A stretch of DNA of 61,706 bases, counting the filler, from Choristocarpus tenellus KU-1152 (taxonomy: Eukaryota > Protista > Phaeophyceae), in assembly GCA_964200185.2 (NCBI GenBank). It is 9 parts of 9 records of this genome, joined end to end, with 100 filler letters (N's around TTAATTAATTAA, not from the genome) between each part and the next. Parts side by side here need not be neighbours in the genome. Positions count along the whole stretch, not along the records: positions 23,381 to 29,684 come from CAXNAD020008429.1; positions 29,785 to 34,449 come from CAXNAD020013558.1; positions 34,550 to 38,438 come from CAXNAD020017338.1; 6 more parts are not named here. One strand, 5' to 3'. Below the pieces are notes generated by a model, which was not told where the DNA came from, did not search any database, and saw nothing but the letters and a program-made list of their open reading frames with translations. Positions 24,901 to 37,363 of this stretch are shown piece by piece. The position numbers and the translations under genes were made by a program. How positions within the stretch are numbered: the first letter of the stretch is position 1; the number at the start of each line of letters is the position of its first letter.

Positions 24901-27541
24901 AACTGCTGTACTGCAACTAACTGTTGCACTACTACTGCTAGGTATACGGCCTCTGTTCACGACCCTTGTTGCTTCTCGCTCATTGGGTTCAACCATCCCA
25001 CTTCTTGTCCAGCGCTCTGCGCTCCACCTACTCTCTCAGATCTTGTACTGGACCCCGCCACGGCATTATACAGCAGTGAAGCCTTGCCACCTCGTTCTTG
25101 GTTCAGCTTTTTTTGTGGTGTTGTGACAGATGGCAGGTGGGATGGTACGACCGTACAGCCCCTGGAGCTTGCCACGTGAGCTTCGGTTATTCGAAACGAT
25201 ATTTCCACGAAAAGGAGTCTAGAGCCGGTGGGATTTGAACCCATGAACCTCATGCAGGGAAAATGTCTCTGTGGTCTTGTAGAATGCATAAAACATCTTC
25301 TAACTGGACAGAAAGTGGGGAGTTTTTGATTTTGGGGGGGTTTGCGCGAAGAACTAGTCTAAATTACCACCTTATGTATATATATACTAAAATATATATA
25401 TATATCCATATTGAATCTACACCAGACACACAAACGACAGTTGTATAGGCGTAAGAAATGTAAGTGACAACAATACTTCCTTCCAACATATATCTCAAAT
25501 ATTTGGTCTAATTATCGATCAGTCACATGTCTTACCGAACCAAAACATGACACCTCCTCTCTCATGGCTGGGTGTGTTGCGTGCAGGCGCCCTGACCTTC
25601 CTGCACTGGAAGAGCTGGAAAATCCACTGTGGGCAGGGGGTGATCTATACTGCCGAATATTACCGTTCCCGTCAGGCCTACTACGGCCTCCTCACCTTAA
25701 TGGTTGGGCTTGACAAGGTTGTGCTCGGTAAGTCTCTGATCTCGACTCCCCTCTGGTGCGCCTGGGTCAGTGTACAAGATATATATCATGCCGGATGGAG
25801 CAATAATCCTGGTGCTTGAAGTACTTGGACGGATGAACAACGCCCATTTTTTGTCATCTCTGTTGCATGAAGTGTGGCAGACAAGTCAATTGTAGATACC
25901 TGAACTGGTCAGGATTGGTCGCAGTGTGCACTTGGACAAGGTTTAGTCGTTCATTGTTCTTCACCTTCAAACACATATAGAATGTGTGGATGTGTGCACA
26001 TGGGATGCCTCTGGATTCTGTCCACGTGACATAAACCACTAGGGAAAGTTCATTCATTCCATTCGAGTGTGTTGAGTCTGGGGACCGGTTCAAAGAGGGT
26101 TAGTACCCACCCAGGCGCTCTGCTCTCACGGTTCCATGGTCGTGCAAGCTTCAGGGGCAATATAATCGACGCTGCACAGTACTATTGACAAGAAGCAGTA
26201 GGCTATACTGTTGTGCCGTGACCTATCCCCAACCTCACACAATGATGCTCTTCCCCTCACCCTACCGTTTTTCCAGGTGCGTACATCATAAACAGGTTCT
26301 CTGAAGGCCAACTTCCTCCACCAATAGCCTGTGGTCCATTCTTTGTGCTCTTTCCTGAGATCAGCATCACCGTTGGGTTCTCTCAGCTATTTTTGGGCTG
26401 CTACATTATCGGCCGCTCAAGATCTCCCAACATAGTCGGCTCCAGCATGCCTCCTGTGGATCACGAAAGAGATTATGGACTGTTCCGCTTTCAGTTTGTG
26501 GCGTGGTCTGTAGTGGTCCTTAGCATCGTGGCTCAAGTGGTGGGTCAGGTTGCCCTGCATGCTGAGAACGGACCGGGGCTCATTGTGGCTAATGTTATTG
26601 GGTTTGGTATATTCCCAATATACCTTGACGGTGAGACTTGAGCAAGCAAGTACACGGAGATGGGGGAGGGGGGGGCGGAAGGGAATGCATTTCTTGTGAA
26701 GCAGTATATCCTTTATTCGCTCCTCTGTATACATACGTGGGATTTTTTCTCAGCACATTTTCTCGTGGGCGGTAAGAAGGCAAGACCTTCGGAGGTCAGT
26801 GAGCGACAAGTTCCACCGTGCTGTGCATGAGTCGAGTTTCGATAGATCGCAATGCATGCTACTCGTACTGCCTATCTGCTAGCCACTTTGGGTATATGCT
26901 TGTGTGTCAAAACAACTGAGGAGTAGGCAAGGTTTCATTTTCGGGATCCCGAGAAAAGGCAAAAAGATATACTTTCGTACAATATCAGAAAGCCCTTTTG
27001 CTGAATTGTGGTATCACCTTGTGTGTAGAAAGGGGGAATATCAATTTTGCGTACACTACTGTGTGGATACAAGGCTATGAGATATTGTGTATGCACAGGG
27101 CAAGAAAGATGGCTGAGAATGCAAGAGGGTCCAAACCTACCTTCCTCTCAATTGGTTTGGCTCTTGTGCGCTTGATCCTGTAGAGTCCCTGACTTGAACA
27201 GGGACGTATTCATGTTCCTCTATGAGCATCCCCTCCAGAGAGGAAATCGGTCGGCTGATAAGTTGGTAAGCTCTTGTGTTAAGAGGATGAGGTCACGGTG
27301 GTGAAGCTTGGTGCATGAAGCTTGGTGCATGACAGCTCGACCGCGATACTCTCCCCTGCAAAATCATAGCATTCTTCCTGTTCCTGACTAGAGTCCTCCC
27401 CCATGCCCCAACGCCGCAAAAATATGCACTCCACAACTTACTTCTAATCCCCAGCTATGGCCCACACCACGCCAGAGTCCATCTCCGACAGTGTTTTCTA
27501 CGAAGCCAAAGTAACGTCCGCAAGTCTGATCGGGTTGTGTG

Positions 27542-27799
27542 GAGTCAAAGTACCTTAGGGGGTAGAGCCGTGTCCGTTTGGGGGCCAAAATCCAATTTTT
27601 CGATTTTGATGTAATTTTGGGTATTGTGTTTGTTAGGAAGTGTCAATATCCCTGTTCCGAACACACCTTTTCATAACGTACACATTTTAGCTCCTCCGAA
27701 ATGTTTCGGAGTAGGAAACGTTCTTCAAATACCTGTGGGAAGCCAAGCCCCAAATGGACAAACAGAGCAATATTCGTACCCTCTAAGATACTTTCACTC
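27542..27799. mobile_element. MITE family A, full length
   Basis: gagtcaaagtaccttagggggta...taccctctaagatactttcactc. Confidence 0.9.
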
Positions 27800-28909
27800 G
27801 GGGCATTCAGGGGAAGCAAGCATGCGGATAGATATTGTACAGATACAGGAGCAGGTACTTCGTGAGATTCAAGTCTCATGGTGTGCTACCATTCAAAGGA
27901 TTGCACCACTCGTTGTGATGGCTACTTTCGAGTATGAGAGGAGACACATGCTTGCCACTATCGAGGTTCCTCGGGCCCGGATGGAGGGGGAAAAAACATC
28001 ATCGGTATATATTTGTTTTGACCTCTCACATGATGTAAAAACTTGTGATTATGTAGAAAGCAACGGCTCAAAGTGTCTGAGGGGGGTTGCTGGCCGTCCG
28101 TTTGGTGCCCATTTTTCCATGTCGCAATTTTGGGGTGATTTGGTTGCATGCGTTGGATGGAGAATGTAAGTGCACTTTTCCTGGTCAGAACCCAAAATGG
28201 AAACATTGGTGTAGACATATGCAATATCAGTGGTAATTAGTGGTAGAAATATTAATAGATAATACTCCCTGAAAGCGTGAGGAGAGGGTGACACACACAC
28301 AAGGCCTCCATGTTTCTCAGTATCCATTTTCTTAGGCACTTAAGTCATATTGTGTGCTCTTACGCATTATCACCTCATACACGATAAGGAAGAGACACAG
28401 GTTCGTATCTGCTGGTAGAATATTACATCCACATCGCTGTAAATTCCATGCATCTATTTGTGAATCCATGTGCCCTGCCACTGTGAGATAAAAGAGTTCG
28501 AGCAAAACAAGACAGACACACGCTTCCCTCTGATACTGTTATATGGTTGGAGTGCAAAGTGTTGGGGAACATATATCGTAGCACATGTGTACATTCGAGC
28601 ATATCTTTGCGTGTGTAGGGATTTGCTGTTGTTGTTGTTGTTGTTCACCGTATCTTACCACTTCCTTTAGTCCTATTTGCCACTCCAAATCCAGACAGGT
28701 GGGTTCGTTTCAATTGAGTGAGGTCAACAGTTCAACAACCGCTGACTGGTCCTCCTTGTACCAGTAGACCGATCAGGGAGACAGGCTCTGAGGGCATCGA
28801 TCTCCCCTGGCGGCTATGCCAAGAGATGAAAGTTTACTTCCAGCGAGTTTGTCGCCTGTTTTGTTCTAAGTTCAGGGATGACATGTTTCGAAGGCGTTTT
28901 CGTTGACAA

Positions 28910-28972
28910 AGTCATGTCAAGTCAAGTCAAGTCAAGTCAAGTCGAGTCCAGTCGAGTCAAGTCAAGTCAAGG
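28910..28972. repeat. (GTCAA)n pentanucleotide microsatellite
   Basis: Direct reading, about 12 units. Confidence 0.92.
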
Positions 28973-29296
28973 TCGAATAAACTCAACCTTTGTGTTTTGT
29001 TTTTGGGGGGCGAAGGGACATTTCTTATTATTAGCGTGGAATCTCCAAAAACGCAAACAAAATGTGTTCAACATAAGGTTGTGTATGGAAATGATTGAGC
29101 CTATACAACGTTGGCTAATGTATGCGAGAAAAGCGTCTGTCGATCAATTTAATCTATTTTCGGCATTGCTGGTTCAAACTGGGGAAATCTGGGCACAACA
29201 TCCAACCACTAGTCAACACCGCATCCCTGACATGATATGCAGATCTCACAATCTCCAGGATGGTCCCAATTTCTACTAATATATATATTTTCTTTT

Positions 29297-29555
29297 GAGT
29301 CAAAGTGAACGAGAGGTAACCAGGTTTTGGCCGTCTTGCATTTAAGTCTGTTTTGAGATCTTTTGGAATTCACCGATATCTCTATGGATGAAGTTCTAAA
29401 TTTGACTTGAGAGCATGTATTTCTCTATAATTCGAACGTTTTCTGACCCAATTCAGCAAACATCCTACATACATTTGTAAAAAAAAGGCGAATTTTGCAC
29501 ATATTTGTCGGCATCCTTAAAGTGCCACTCTTGGTACCTCTCGCTTATTTGACTC
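29297..29555. mobile_element. MITE family C (same GAGTCAAA termini, different interior)
   Basis: gagtcaaagtgaacgagaggtaaccag ... ttggtacctctcgcttatttgactc; flanks tttt/tctt. Confidence 0.75.
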
Positions 29556-30698
29556 TCTTCCAAATTTCACATCCCACACAGCATGTGTGAGGTATAATAT
29601 ACCGATTCCAAGGGGTACCACTCCATCTTTCGCCCTCTGTACATCCGTATAAGACAGAGCTAGGCTCAAAGTATCTGGGAGGGGNNNNNNNNNNNNNNNN
29701 NNNNNNNNNNNNNNNNNNNNNNNNNNNNTTAATTAATTAANNNNNNNNNNNNNNNNNNNNNNNNNNNNNNNNNNNNNNNNNNNNGTAAATGCACCTTTCC
29801 TGATTTTGACCAAAATGGACACCCTGGTGTAGACCCCCCCCCCCTCCTCCCAGATACTTTGGGTTCGATTATATTTCAACTAGCTCATATTTTGCTGCAA
29901 TACGAGAGGTCTTTCAATTTTCATTTCTAAACACACTTGGTGTAGTGTGACAGGGCTACAAAAAAATGATCAATAAATGTGACTTAAAGGACGAGTCCGG
30001 GGTCATCTGACAGTATGGTCCGACTGGACCCCACCCCGGCTCAAGTCAAAAATGTCTTGACATTACCGGACTGAAGCCATCAAGTTTTGATCCTGAAATA
30101 GGTCATGTGTTGGCCCAAGTGAAACATGTCGTAACAGGGCAGAACCAGGGAAATGGATAATGCAGCCGGTCAGGACCATAGGGCAGTCCATGGCCCCAGT
30201 CCGGCTAGCTGTCAGTCCAGTAAAGCCCAAGATGGTTAAGCTCCCCCCACTTATCTACCCTAAAGAATATATGTACCTTCAAGGAGTTGTGGATCTATAA
30301 TGACTATATGAACTCCATAACATTGTGCTTGTTCCCAAGGTATTATTATTTGTCTTCCAGGTGAAATATGGTCTCAGGGGTATCGTGTGGAGGGAAGGGA
30401 ACAATTTGGTAAGTAATGCCTGACGGCATTGGTCCTGTCTAAGGGATGATATTTTGGCGTCCGTGTAATCCAAGGTTCCATCCACTCCACACAAGTCTGA
30501 CTATATTCGCTGTAAGCCAATTTTGAATGCATCAGTGACAACTTAATCAAGAGTGCGTGAGAAGTTGTTCTCTTCCACACAAGTCATCCTCTCGCAAACA
30601 AATGCTGTGAATAGCAACCCCTGAACGTTTTTCACCTCTGCTGATGATGTCAAAAATAAATTGTAGAAAGCTTAGCCCTTGGTCACATCAAAAAAATA

Positions 30699-32427
30699 CT
30701 ACCTACGTTCGGAATTAAATGTAACATAAATTTTGCAGCCTTGATGAAGGAGCAAGACTTTTTGCTACATGTTCCTATCTTACGGGTGTATTGAGCAAAC
30801 CGTAAAAAATTACCCACGAAATCTCAACCAAAATGGGGAAGCATACCCCAATCTATGATTCCGCTCCTGAAGTCCTCCAAAACTCCATTCCAGCACGGCA
30901 TGTCCACTGGGGCATCCAGGGGAGCTTGCCCGCCTTCTAAGCCTATTCCTTCCTAAGATAGGGAATTTTGAAGACGCTGTCATCCTTTGACCCCAGCACT
31001 TCATTATAGACTGCGAAGAAGCTCTGCCAGACGCGCTCTAGTCTCTCCCTGGGGTACATATTGAACACCTCCATTGTGACCTCCACCAGCTCCTCTTTAT
31101 TGGTCACCCCCACGCCTTCTTTTAGTTGCTGGGTGGAATGGAAGAATCTTCCTTGTTGATGTAGAGGTCACTTGAGTTGACTGAAGGGGTCTTTATGACA
31201 ATGTCGTCCCCCTCCACCTCCTTGATTGCCTCCATGATCCCTCCCTTGGTGTGTGCCTTTGCCCCATCCTTCCAGCCTAGGCATGCAGGCCTTGATTACC
31301 AGGATGAAATTCTCGATCATGAGCTTCTTATACCTCTCCCCGTCCACCTTGGCTAGCACAAGCACCTTGGTGCCCTTGGGGCAGTGTCTGCTGGACCGCT
31401 GGCTGAGTGCCCTTTGTGTCCATGATTGACCAGATCCCGATTTTCCCATAAAATCACACCCTGTTGGAGAGCTTCTTAGGGCAGGGGTCCCAGCTGCACT
31501 GAACATCACCTTAATAATGTAATGGCTATTTTTATGCCCATGAGGATTATGGAGGGTCCTCAGTGGGGTGCAGGTACACTCCTTGCCCACCTTTGAGAAT
31601 GTAAGGTCACTTCTTGTCCACATGCACCCAGTCATATAGATTGTCCACTAGTACTCCACTTCCCCCCCTCCTGTGTGTGTGATTGATGACGAAACCCACC
31701 CTGTTGACTTTCCGCTGGTCTGAGAAGACTGGCTTGAACCACCTCTTGACGTTCTTCACCTTCTTGCGCTTGCACAGATCCCAAAATGAGGCAAAGGGAG
31801 ACCCCAGGTTTGGCAACCCTTTTGCAGAAGGATATGGGGTTTGCCGATGAGACATCCCAACCGTCGAGGATACTTAAGTGGTGGCCACATTGCCCCTTTC
31901 GATATCGCACAAGGTCCATGCATTCACCCTGTGCGATCTGACTGCCATACTCCTTCAGATGACGGAACACAGTATTTTGGGAAATACTGAAGCCCTCTGC
32001 GATGGCCGCCGTATAAGGGTATCTGAGTCTCAACCTCTCTCACCTTCAGGCATCACTCCACCACACTGCTCTTCATCGGGGTTGTTGAGTCTGAACCCTG
32101 GACGGACTTTTGGGTCGAAGAACTGGGACCGATGGGCGACAACAGGATTAGCGAGCAGCTCGAATTCTGGGGGGCCTTCATCCTAGGCATTCCAATAAAC
32201 ACTCGCTTTGACAGTTTCATGAGGATTTTGAACCCTGTCAAATTCAACTTGGTCGACTTTGCACTGATAATCCTCCACAGTCTTGACAGTCCACCACCTC
32301 AACCTTTGCACGCCTCCCAATTTATACAAGAAATAAGCCTCAACTAGAGGGTTCATCACGAGGAACGTTCCCAGGCGAGAACGGAACTTGCAAAAATTAT
32401 TTTACAGTTAATTCCGAACGGAGGAAG
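30699..32427 (-). mobile_element. Plant-type (DD39D-like) mariner transposon, full length, transposase pseudogenised
   Basis: ~40-bp TIRs ctacctacgttcggaatta / cttcctccgttcggaatta with TA on the left. Fragments: HTH (IAEGFSISQNTVFRHLK), WVHVDKK, KVMFSAA..FMGK..RSSRHCPKGT..VDGERYKKL, EELVEV..ERLERVWQS..VFKIPYLRK..GKLP. Confidence 0.85.
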
Positions 32428-33012
32428 AATATTTTTTACAGGCAGGGTTGCATGAAGGAGGATGCCATGACATACTCTTTATGATACACAAATGTCCCTA
32501 AATCAGGGACTTCCTAACACAGTTGTCATTGAGGAGAAGTGAAGATTGATCTGAAAGAGGAATATTTGTAGTCCTTCAATGTCCCTCTTCTTCTACTTAG
32601 TAGAAATAGATATAGAGATCGTGCATATCTACTAGTGAAGGTGCACGCAAACTTTGTATGTGCATTTAGTAGGTTGGTGAGAAGTGGTGTGTGATATATT
32701 TGAACCACTCCCATAATAGGTGCACTATTGTTGTTGTTTCGAGGTGACAGCAACTACATACAGTAAGTTCTCTTTGTGTGTACTGTTTGGAAACTCATGT
32801 GCAGGGGTGTATGGACTGCTGCTACCCATCGACAACCGGACTCTATGCATAATCATGAGAGAGGCATTTCTTGTTGAAAGGAGAATTCACAAAGATAATG
32901 CAAGGCTCTTCTATTCTTCTCATCTTGGTCCTCACACCCCTCCTACCCTTACCTGCTTTACACCCTCTTAAAGTACTACTTCCATCTACTTCAACAAAAC
33001 ACTAACCAACTC

Positions 33013-34335
33013 ACTGGACGAGGGATTCCTTGAAAGTGAAGTTGGTATCTTCTCGTAGGATGCAGCTTTGCCTGCCAATCCCCTCACTTTCTTCACCCTC
33101 TCTCCCGTTCTCGCTTTCAGATCCATCATCAGCCTTGTCCTTGACAAAAAGTCGAAGGATGATCATCTCTGTGGTAATGAGGTTGCACATGAATCCAATG
33201 TTGATGGCGACATCAACCTTGTCCCCTGTCAACATCCACACCTTCTTGCCAGGTAGAACAATATTTCATCCATTCAGAGGGAGGAGAATGAGAACCATGG
33301 TGGGGTAGAAAAGGGGACGGTGGGTGGAGAGAGATCCAACATGTGTGCAAGGAGAGGTTATTTCCCAACATTGGGCAATGGTTCAATCCGTTGACCATCT
33401 GCCTGATCCTTGACCTCTGTTCGGTTCTTCTGTTAGGTAGAGCAAGGGTGGCTAATTAACCTCACATTGTTGTTGCGTAGGTCACCCCCTTCCTCCCTCC
33501 TCCTTATTAAGCTCTACCAGAACACAAAGTTAGCCCTTGCCTTAATGCCCGCCTCTTTCATCCTACGGAGGGCTTCTGGTACACCCCCTTGCAGCTTGTC
33601 TTCGATAGCCGTCACGCCCTGAATCTCTAGTGCTTCCTCAATGCGGCTGGTGACCTGCTCAATCTATATGTGATGCAGTGAAGAGCAGCAATGGTGGAGA
33701 CAAAAAAGATTGTATTATTTATTATCGTGCCTGATTGTGCACGTTCTTCAATAGCCTACTTGAACCTCTTAGGTGTGGAGAGCTTGAAATGTGAAGCAGC
33801 AGGAGTTGGTCCCAGGTAAAGAATACGTTAAGAGTTAACCTCATGGGGCAAAATAAATGCCTATGGTTGTTAGTTGAAGGAGTTTTGCCAATACATGTGC
33901 ATGCAGTGCATGCAATGCAACACTCTGCTTCGTTCCAATACTGAGTGAAAGTATCCAAGAGGGTACGATTTTTTCCCTGCTTGTCCATTTGAAGCTTTTC
34001 TTCCCACGGGTTTTTAATGACATTCAACCTACTCCAAAATATTTTGGAGTAGGTAAAATGTATACGTTATGAAAAGGTGTGTCGGAAACAAGGATATAGA
34101 CATCTCCTAACAAACACGATAGCCAAAATTACATCAATAATATATATATGCAATCCAGTCCCAACAAATCACATACCCAACCAGTTGACAAGCATATACA
34201 GAATAATAATATATATATACCTTGATCTCTCTGTCTTCCATGCTTGTTTCGGCTTCTCGAAAATCTTTTAGCCATGACATGTATTCGTCATCTGATAGCT
34301 CCAACTTGGCCAAGAGCAGAGTGCGCAAACCTGCA
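33013..34335 (-). CDS. Phospholipid-transporting P4-ATPase (flippase), three internal exons
   Basis: GLRTLLLA..EY..W..F.EA..SMEDRE (~34335-34221); LEIQGVTAIEDKLQGGVPEAL..MKEAGIK (33663-33541); VWMLTGDKVDVAINIG..CNLI (33241-33013). Confidence 0.95.
33943..34137. mobile_element. MITE family A, truncated, intronic
   Basis: One TIR (gagtgaaagtatccaagagggta) plus family body. Other partial or old copies: 18363-18412, ~37545-37797, ~47565-47682. Confidence 0.85.
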
Positions 34336-34397
34336 GGATGAGATGGTTGCTGGTTACACGTTTTTGTCAAACCTTTCATGCATTCCTGCTCAAATAC

Positions 34398-34449
34398 GTA
34401 TGTATGTATGTATGTATGTATGTATGTATGTATGTATGTATGTATGTAT
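34398..34449. repeat. (TATG)n microsatellite at contig end
   Basis: Direct reading. Confidence 0.95.
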
Positions 34450-34549
34450 NNNNNNNNNNNNNNNNNNNNNNNNNNNNNNNNNNNNNNNNNNNNTTAATTA
34501 ATTAANNNNNNNNNNNNNNNNNNNNNNNNNNNNNNNNNNNNNNNNNNNN

Positions 34550-35780
34550 CCTTCCGAGTCTTGTTTGGCCGTGACCTCCGCACACAGCTAGAGGCCGCCA
34601 TCCCGAAGTTGGATGGGGACATAGAGGTTGGAGGATTGGATCCCTTCATCGAACAGTGTAGACAGAACTTCAGGGAGGTATGAGAAGTCCTGGAGAGAAG
34701 GATGTCGGCTAGGCAGAGACAGAGAGAGAGAGTCAATGCTTTGATAGCTAGGTCTTCACCAGGACTCGAATCCAAACCAGGTGACCTAGTTCTAGTAAAA
34801 GAAGCAGACAGCTCTGTTTACGGGAAAAAACTACGCCAGACAAGAATAGGCAGGAAACTAGTCCATGAAAGATGGACAGGAACATGGACTGTGAAAGAGA
34901 TATCGCATCAAAGTAGTAGCATGACAGTAGAGCTGCTAGGCAGGAAAACTCGCACTGGTACTGTTCATGCTTCTCAGGTAAAACTATTTCACATACGACC
35001 CACTCATCTAAGACGTAGTTTCCAAGAGGAGTATGCTCAACTAGTATGGGAGTCGGACGTAGGCTTGTCGGAGCAATCTGTGGTAGCAACCCCCATGTAC
35101 ACTCTTATAGACAGAAAAGCAATATTGTCGCCATCCAATGTCTGGCATTGGGAGTACAGGGGAAAATACCAGAATGGAGAATTGTCAGATTGGATTACCG
35201 AGAGAGAGGCTATGCATAGTTTCACTCCACTACAGTTAGATGTCTTCCGTGCCCTATAGGACCTCTATAATCCAGACACGAACCCACGCCCTACTGACAC
35301 CTCCCGCCAAGGAAAATCCTTGTCTAGAGAGGATGCATTACGCCTTTTCCCCACAGGTACTACTGTCAAGAAGTCATGGAAAGACAGGAAGGGAAAGAGC
35401 CAAAGTATCTTAGAGGGTAGGGCCGCGTCCATTTGGTGGCCAGAATCCAATGTCGGGATTTTGATGTAATTTTGGGCATCGTGTTTGTTAGGAAGTGTCA
35501 GTATCCTTGTTGTGGACACACATTTTCATAACTGGTACATTTTACCAACTCCAAAATATTTTGGAGTAGGAAAATACCATAACTAAACCCATGAGAAGCC
35601 AAGTCCCAAATGGACAAAAAGGGCAAAACTCGTACCCTCTAAGATACTTTCACTCGAAAGGATAAGTGGTACATAGGTACGGTTTTTGACCTCAAGTCAC
35701 TCTACTGGAGGGTACGGTTTAATGATGGGGATTGGGAAGAAATGAACAAAAGTGAAATGAGTCGTTTATCCCGAAAATAA
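34550..35780 (+). pseudogene. Ty3/Gypsy-type integrase C-terminus (SH3/GPY-F-like + chromo-like + Tudor-like), with two in-frame stops and a MITE insertion
   Basis: FRVLFGRDLRT..., PGDLVLV..KL...WTGTWTV..VHASQVKLF, YTLIDRK..WEYRGKY.NG..SDWITE; after MITE removal WYIGTVFD..YWRVRFNDGDWEEM. Confidence 0.8.
35397..35655. mobile_element. MITE family A, full length, perfect 4-bp TSD GAAA
   Basis: gaaa|gagccaaagtatcttagagggta...gatactttcactc|gaaa; removing the element plus 4 bp restores the host reading frame. Confidence 0.95.
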
Positions 35781-36919
35781 CCCAACAGGTAACCATTACG
35801 CATCCAGAAGGCAAGGTACGTGAGAACTAACCGATTTATAGGCTGACGTTGATGTTATGGCCTGTTTTATGAACTAGCAGCCGTCAGTATGCTTCGTGCT
35901 GGAGGGCATGAGACAGACCATATTGGATGATACTTGGCACTCTAGGAAAGCCGTACTTTGAGAGAATGAATATATCCTCAGAATAATATATCCTCAGAAT
36001 TAGGCTAGACGCGGACAGATTTCTCCAAGTAGGATAAGGACACATGTTTAGGCCTAGTAGGAGTTTGGCATATTTTTCTGCTCTTCCTTCTCCCTGCTAC
36101 AGGATGATTTGAGGCGATTGATGATGTCTATTGTCTTCACCAGTAACAATCACTTGCAGTAAACGTTGTTATATAGGATACATTCTTCTTTTGTTTTATT
36201 TTTTGATCTTCTTATTTTCCTCATTTTGTTTTTTGATCTTGTTATGTTCCTCATTTTGTTATCCTGAAGTCCCACTGCCCAAAAGAACAGGCATATTTAG
36301 ATTAGGCAGACACAATTTGAATAAGAGTACATCCTACGACCTTGTGGATGGACTCTCTTAATAAAGATTTGTGGAGATGAATCACATTTTTGATTAAGGT
36401 GATCGAAACTGGGGTCCCATTCATTTTAGGTCATGTCAGAGATGTATACCTTGCAATTTTTGAAGATGTTTTAGAAAGAGCAAGTACATACTCAGACTAG
36501 CCGAGATGCAAATTATATTCTGTGCCTCTTAGGATAAATTATCCCAAGAAAAACATGGAGATGTGTTGATCGATTCTGGACCTAGTTGAAGTTATATATT
36601 TTAAATAAAAATATATACTCTGATTAGCTCAGACATTTATTGATTTTGACTGTGTCTTAACACTTTGAGGAAATATTCTCAAAGAAGAAACTGGGAGATA
36701 TGTCAAGTCATTGGTTGGAACTATCTGGAATTTGGAACCGAGGTCCCTGGGTTGGAAACAACTGACAAGTTGGAACTGGAGCCCCTCTTTTGTGTGATGG
36801 CAACTAACTCATGCTGCTACAGCGTGATCTGAGGTGACAGGTAATATCTATTGTCTTAACCGGTGACAATCGCCTGTGGTAAGCGTGAAACATGTATACC
36901 TAGTTCACGCTGGGGGGCA

Positions 36920-37363
36920 TGTTACAGGCGAATAGCGCGAGTATTTCTTCCCACACTTTAACCAGTGCGAGCGTATATGCGCGTGGGGAACCCCAAAAGG
37001 GAGAACTCCGATTTGCCTAAACGTTGCAGAATAAACTGTAACTTGGGTAGTTGCAGAGGGTCACGGATGGATGGTCGGAAAGGGTTCTCAGATATATGCC
37101 AGTATTTGTAAACCCGAATAAATCCCAAACGGTGAATGATGATTAGAGTTCCTAAAAACGGCTCAAATCGTCTCAGTTCTTCTGACCTAAAAGGACCCAC
37201 AATAGCTCATTCTCTATCCGATACCAAACTTTATACGTGTTTCTAATACTGATTGATTCATTTGAGAGTACCCCTGTTCTGCTGAGCGGACGTTCGATAA
37301 TCTTTGAATTGGACTTGCCTTGTACATCCTGGGAAGGTGAGCATTGAGGGGTCGACTGTAACA
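36920..37363 (-). mobile_element. Diverged TGTTACA..TGTAACA element (related to 56760 and 60304)
   Basis: Starts tgttacaggcgaatagcgcgag, the reverse complement of the other copies' right end; inner end matches ctcacct..caggatgtaca; no TSD seen. Confidence 0.55.

Noticed and set aside
27624-28169. 181-aa ORF and similar ORFs (2045-2350, 33722-34027, 35265-35519, 49720-49977)
   Set aside because: Chance frames through non-coding MITE sequence
29985-30240. Imperfect inverted repeat after TTAA (Kolobok-like MITE)
   Set aside because: Arms too degenerate and right boundary undefined
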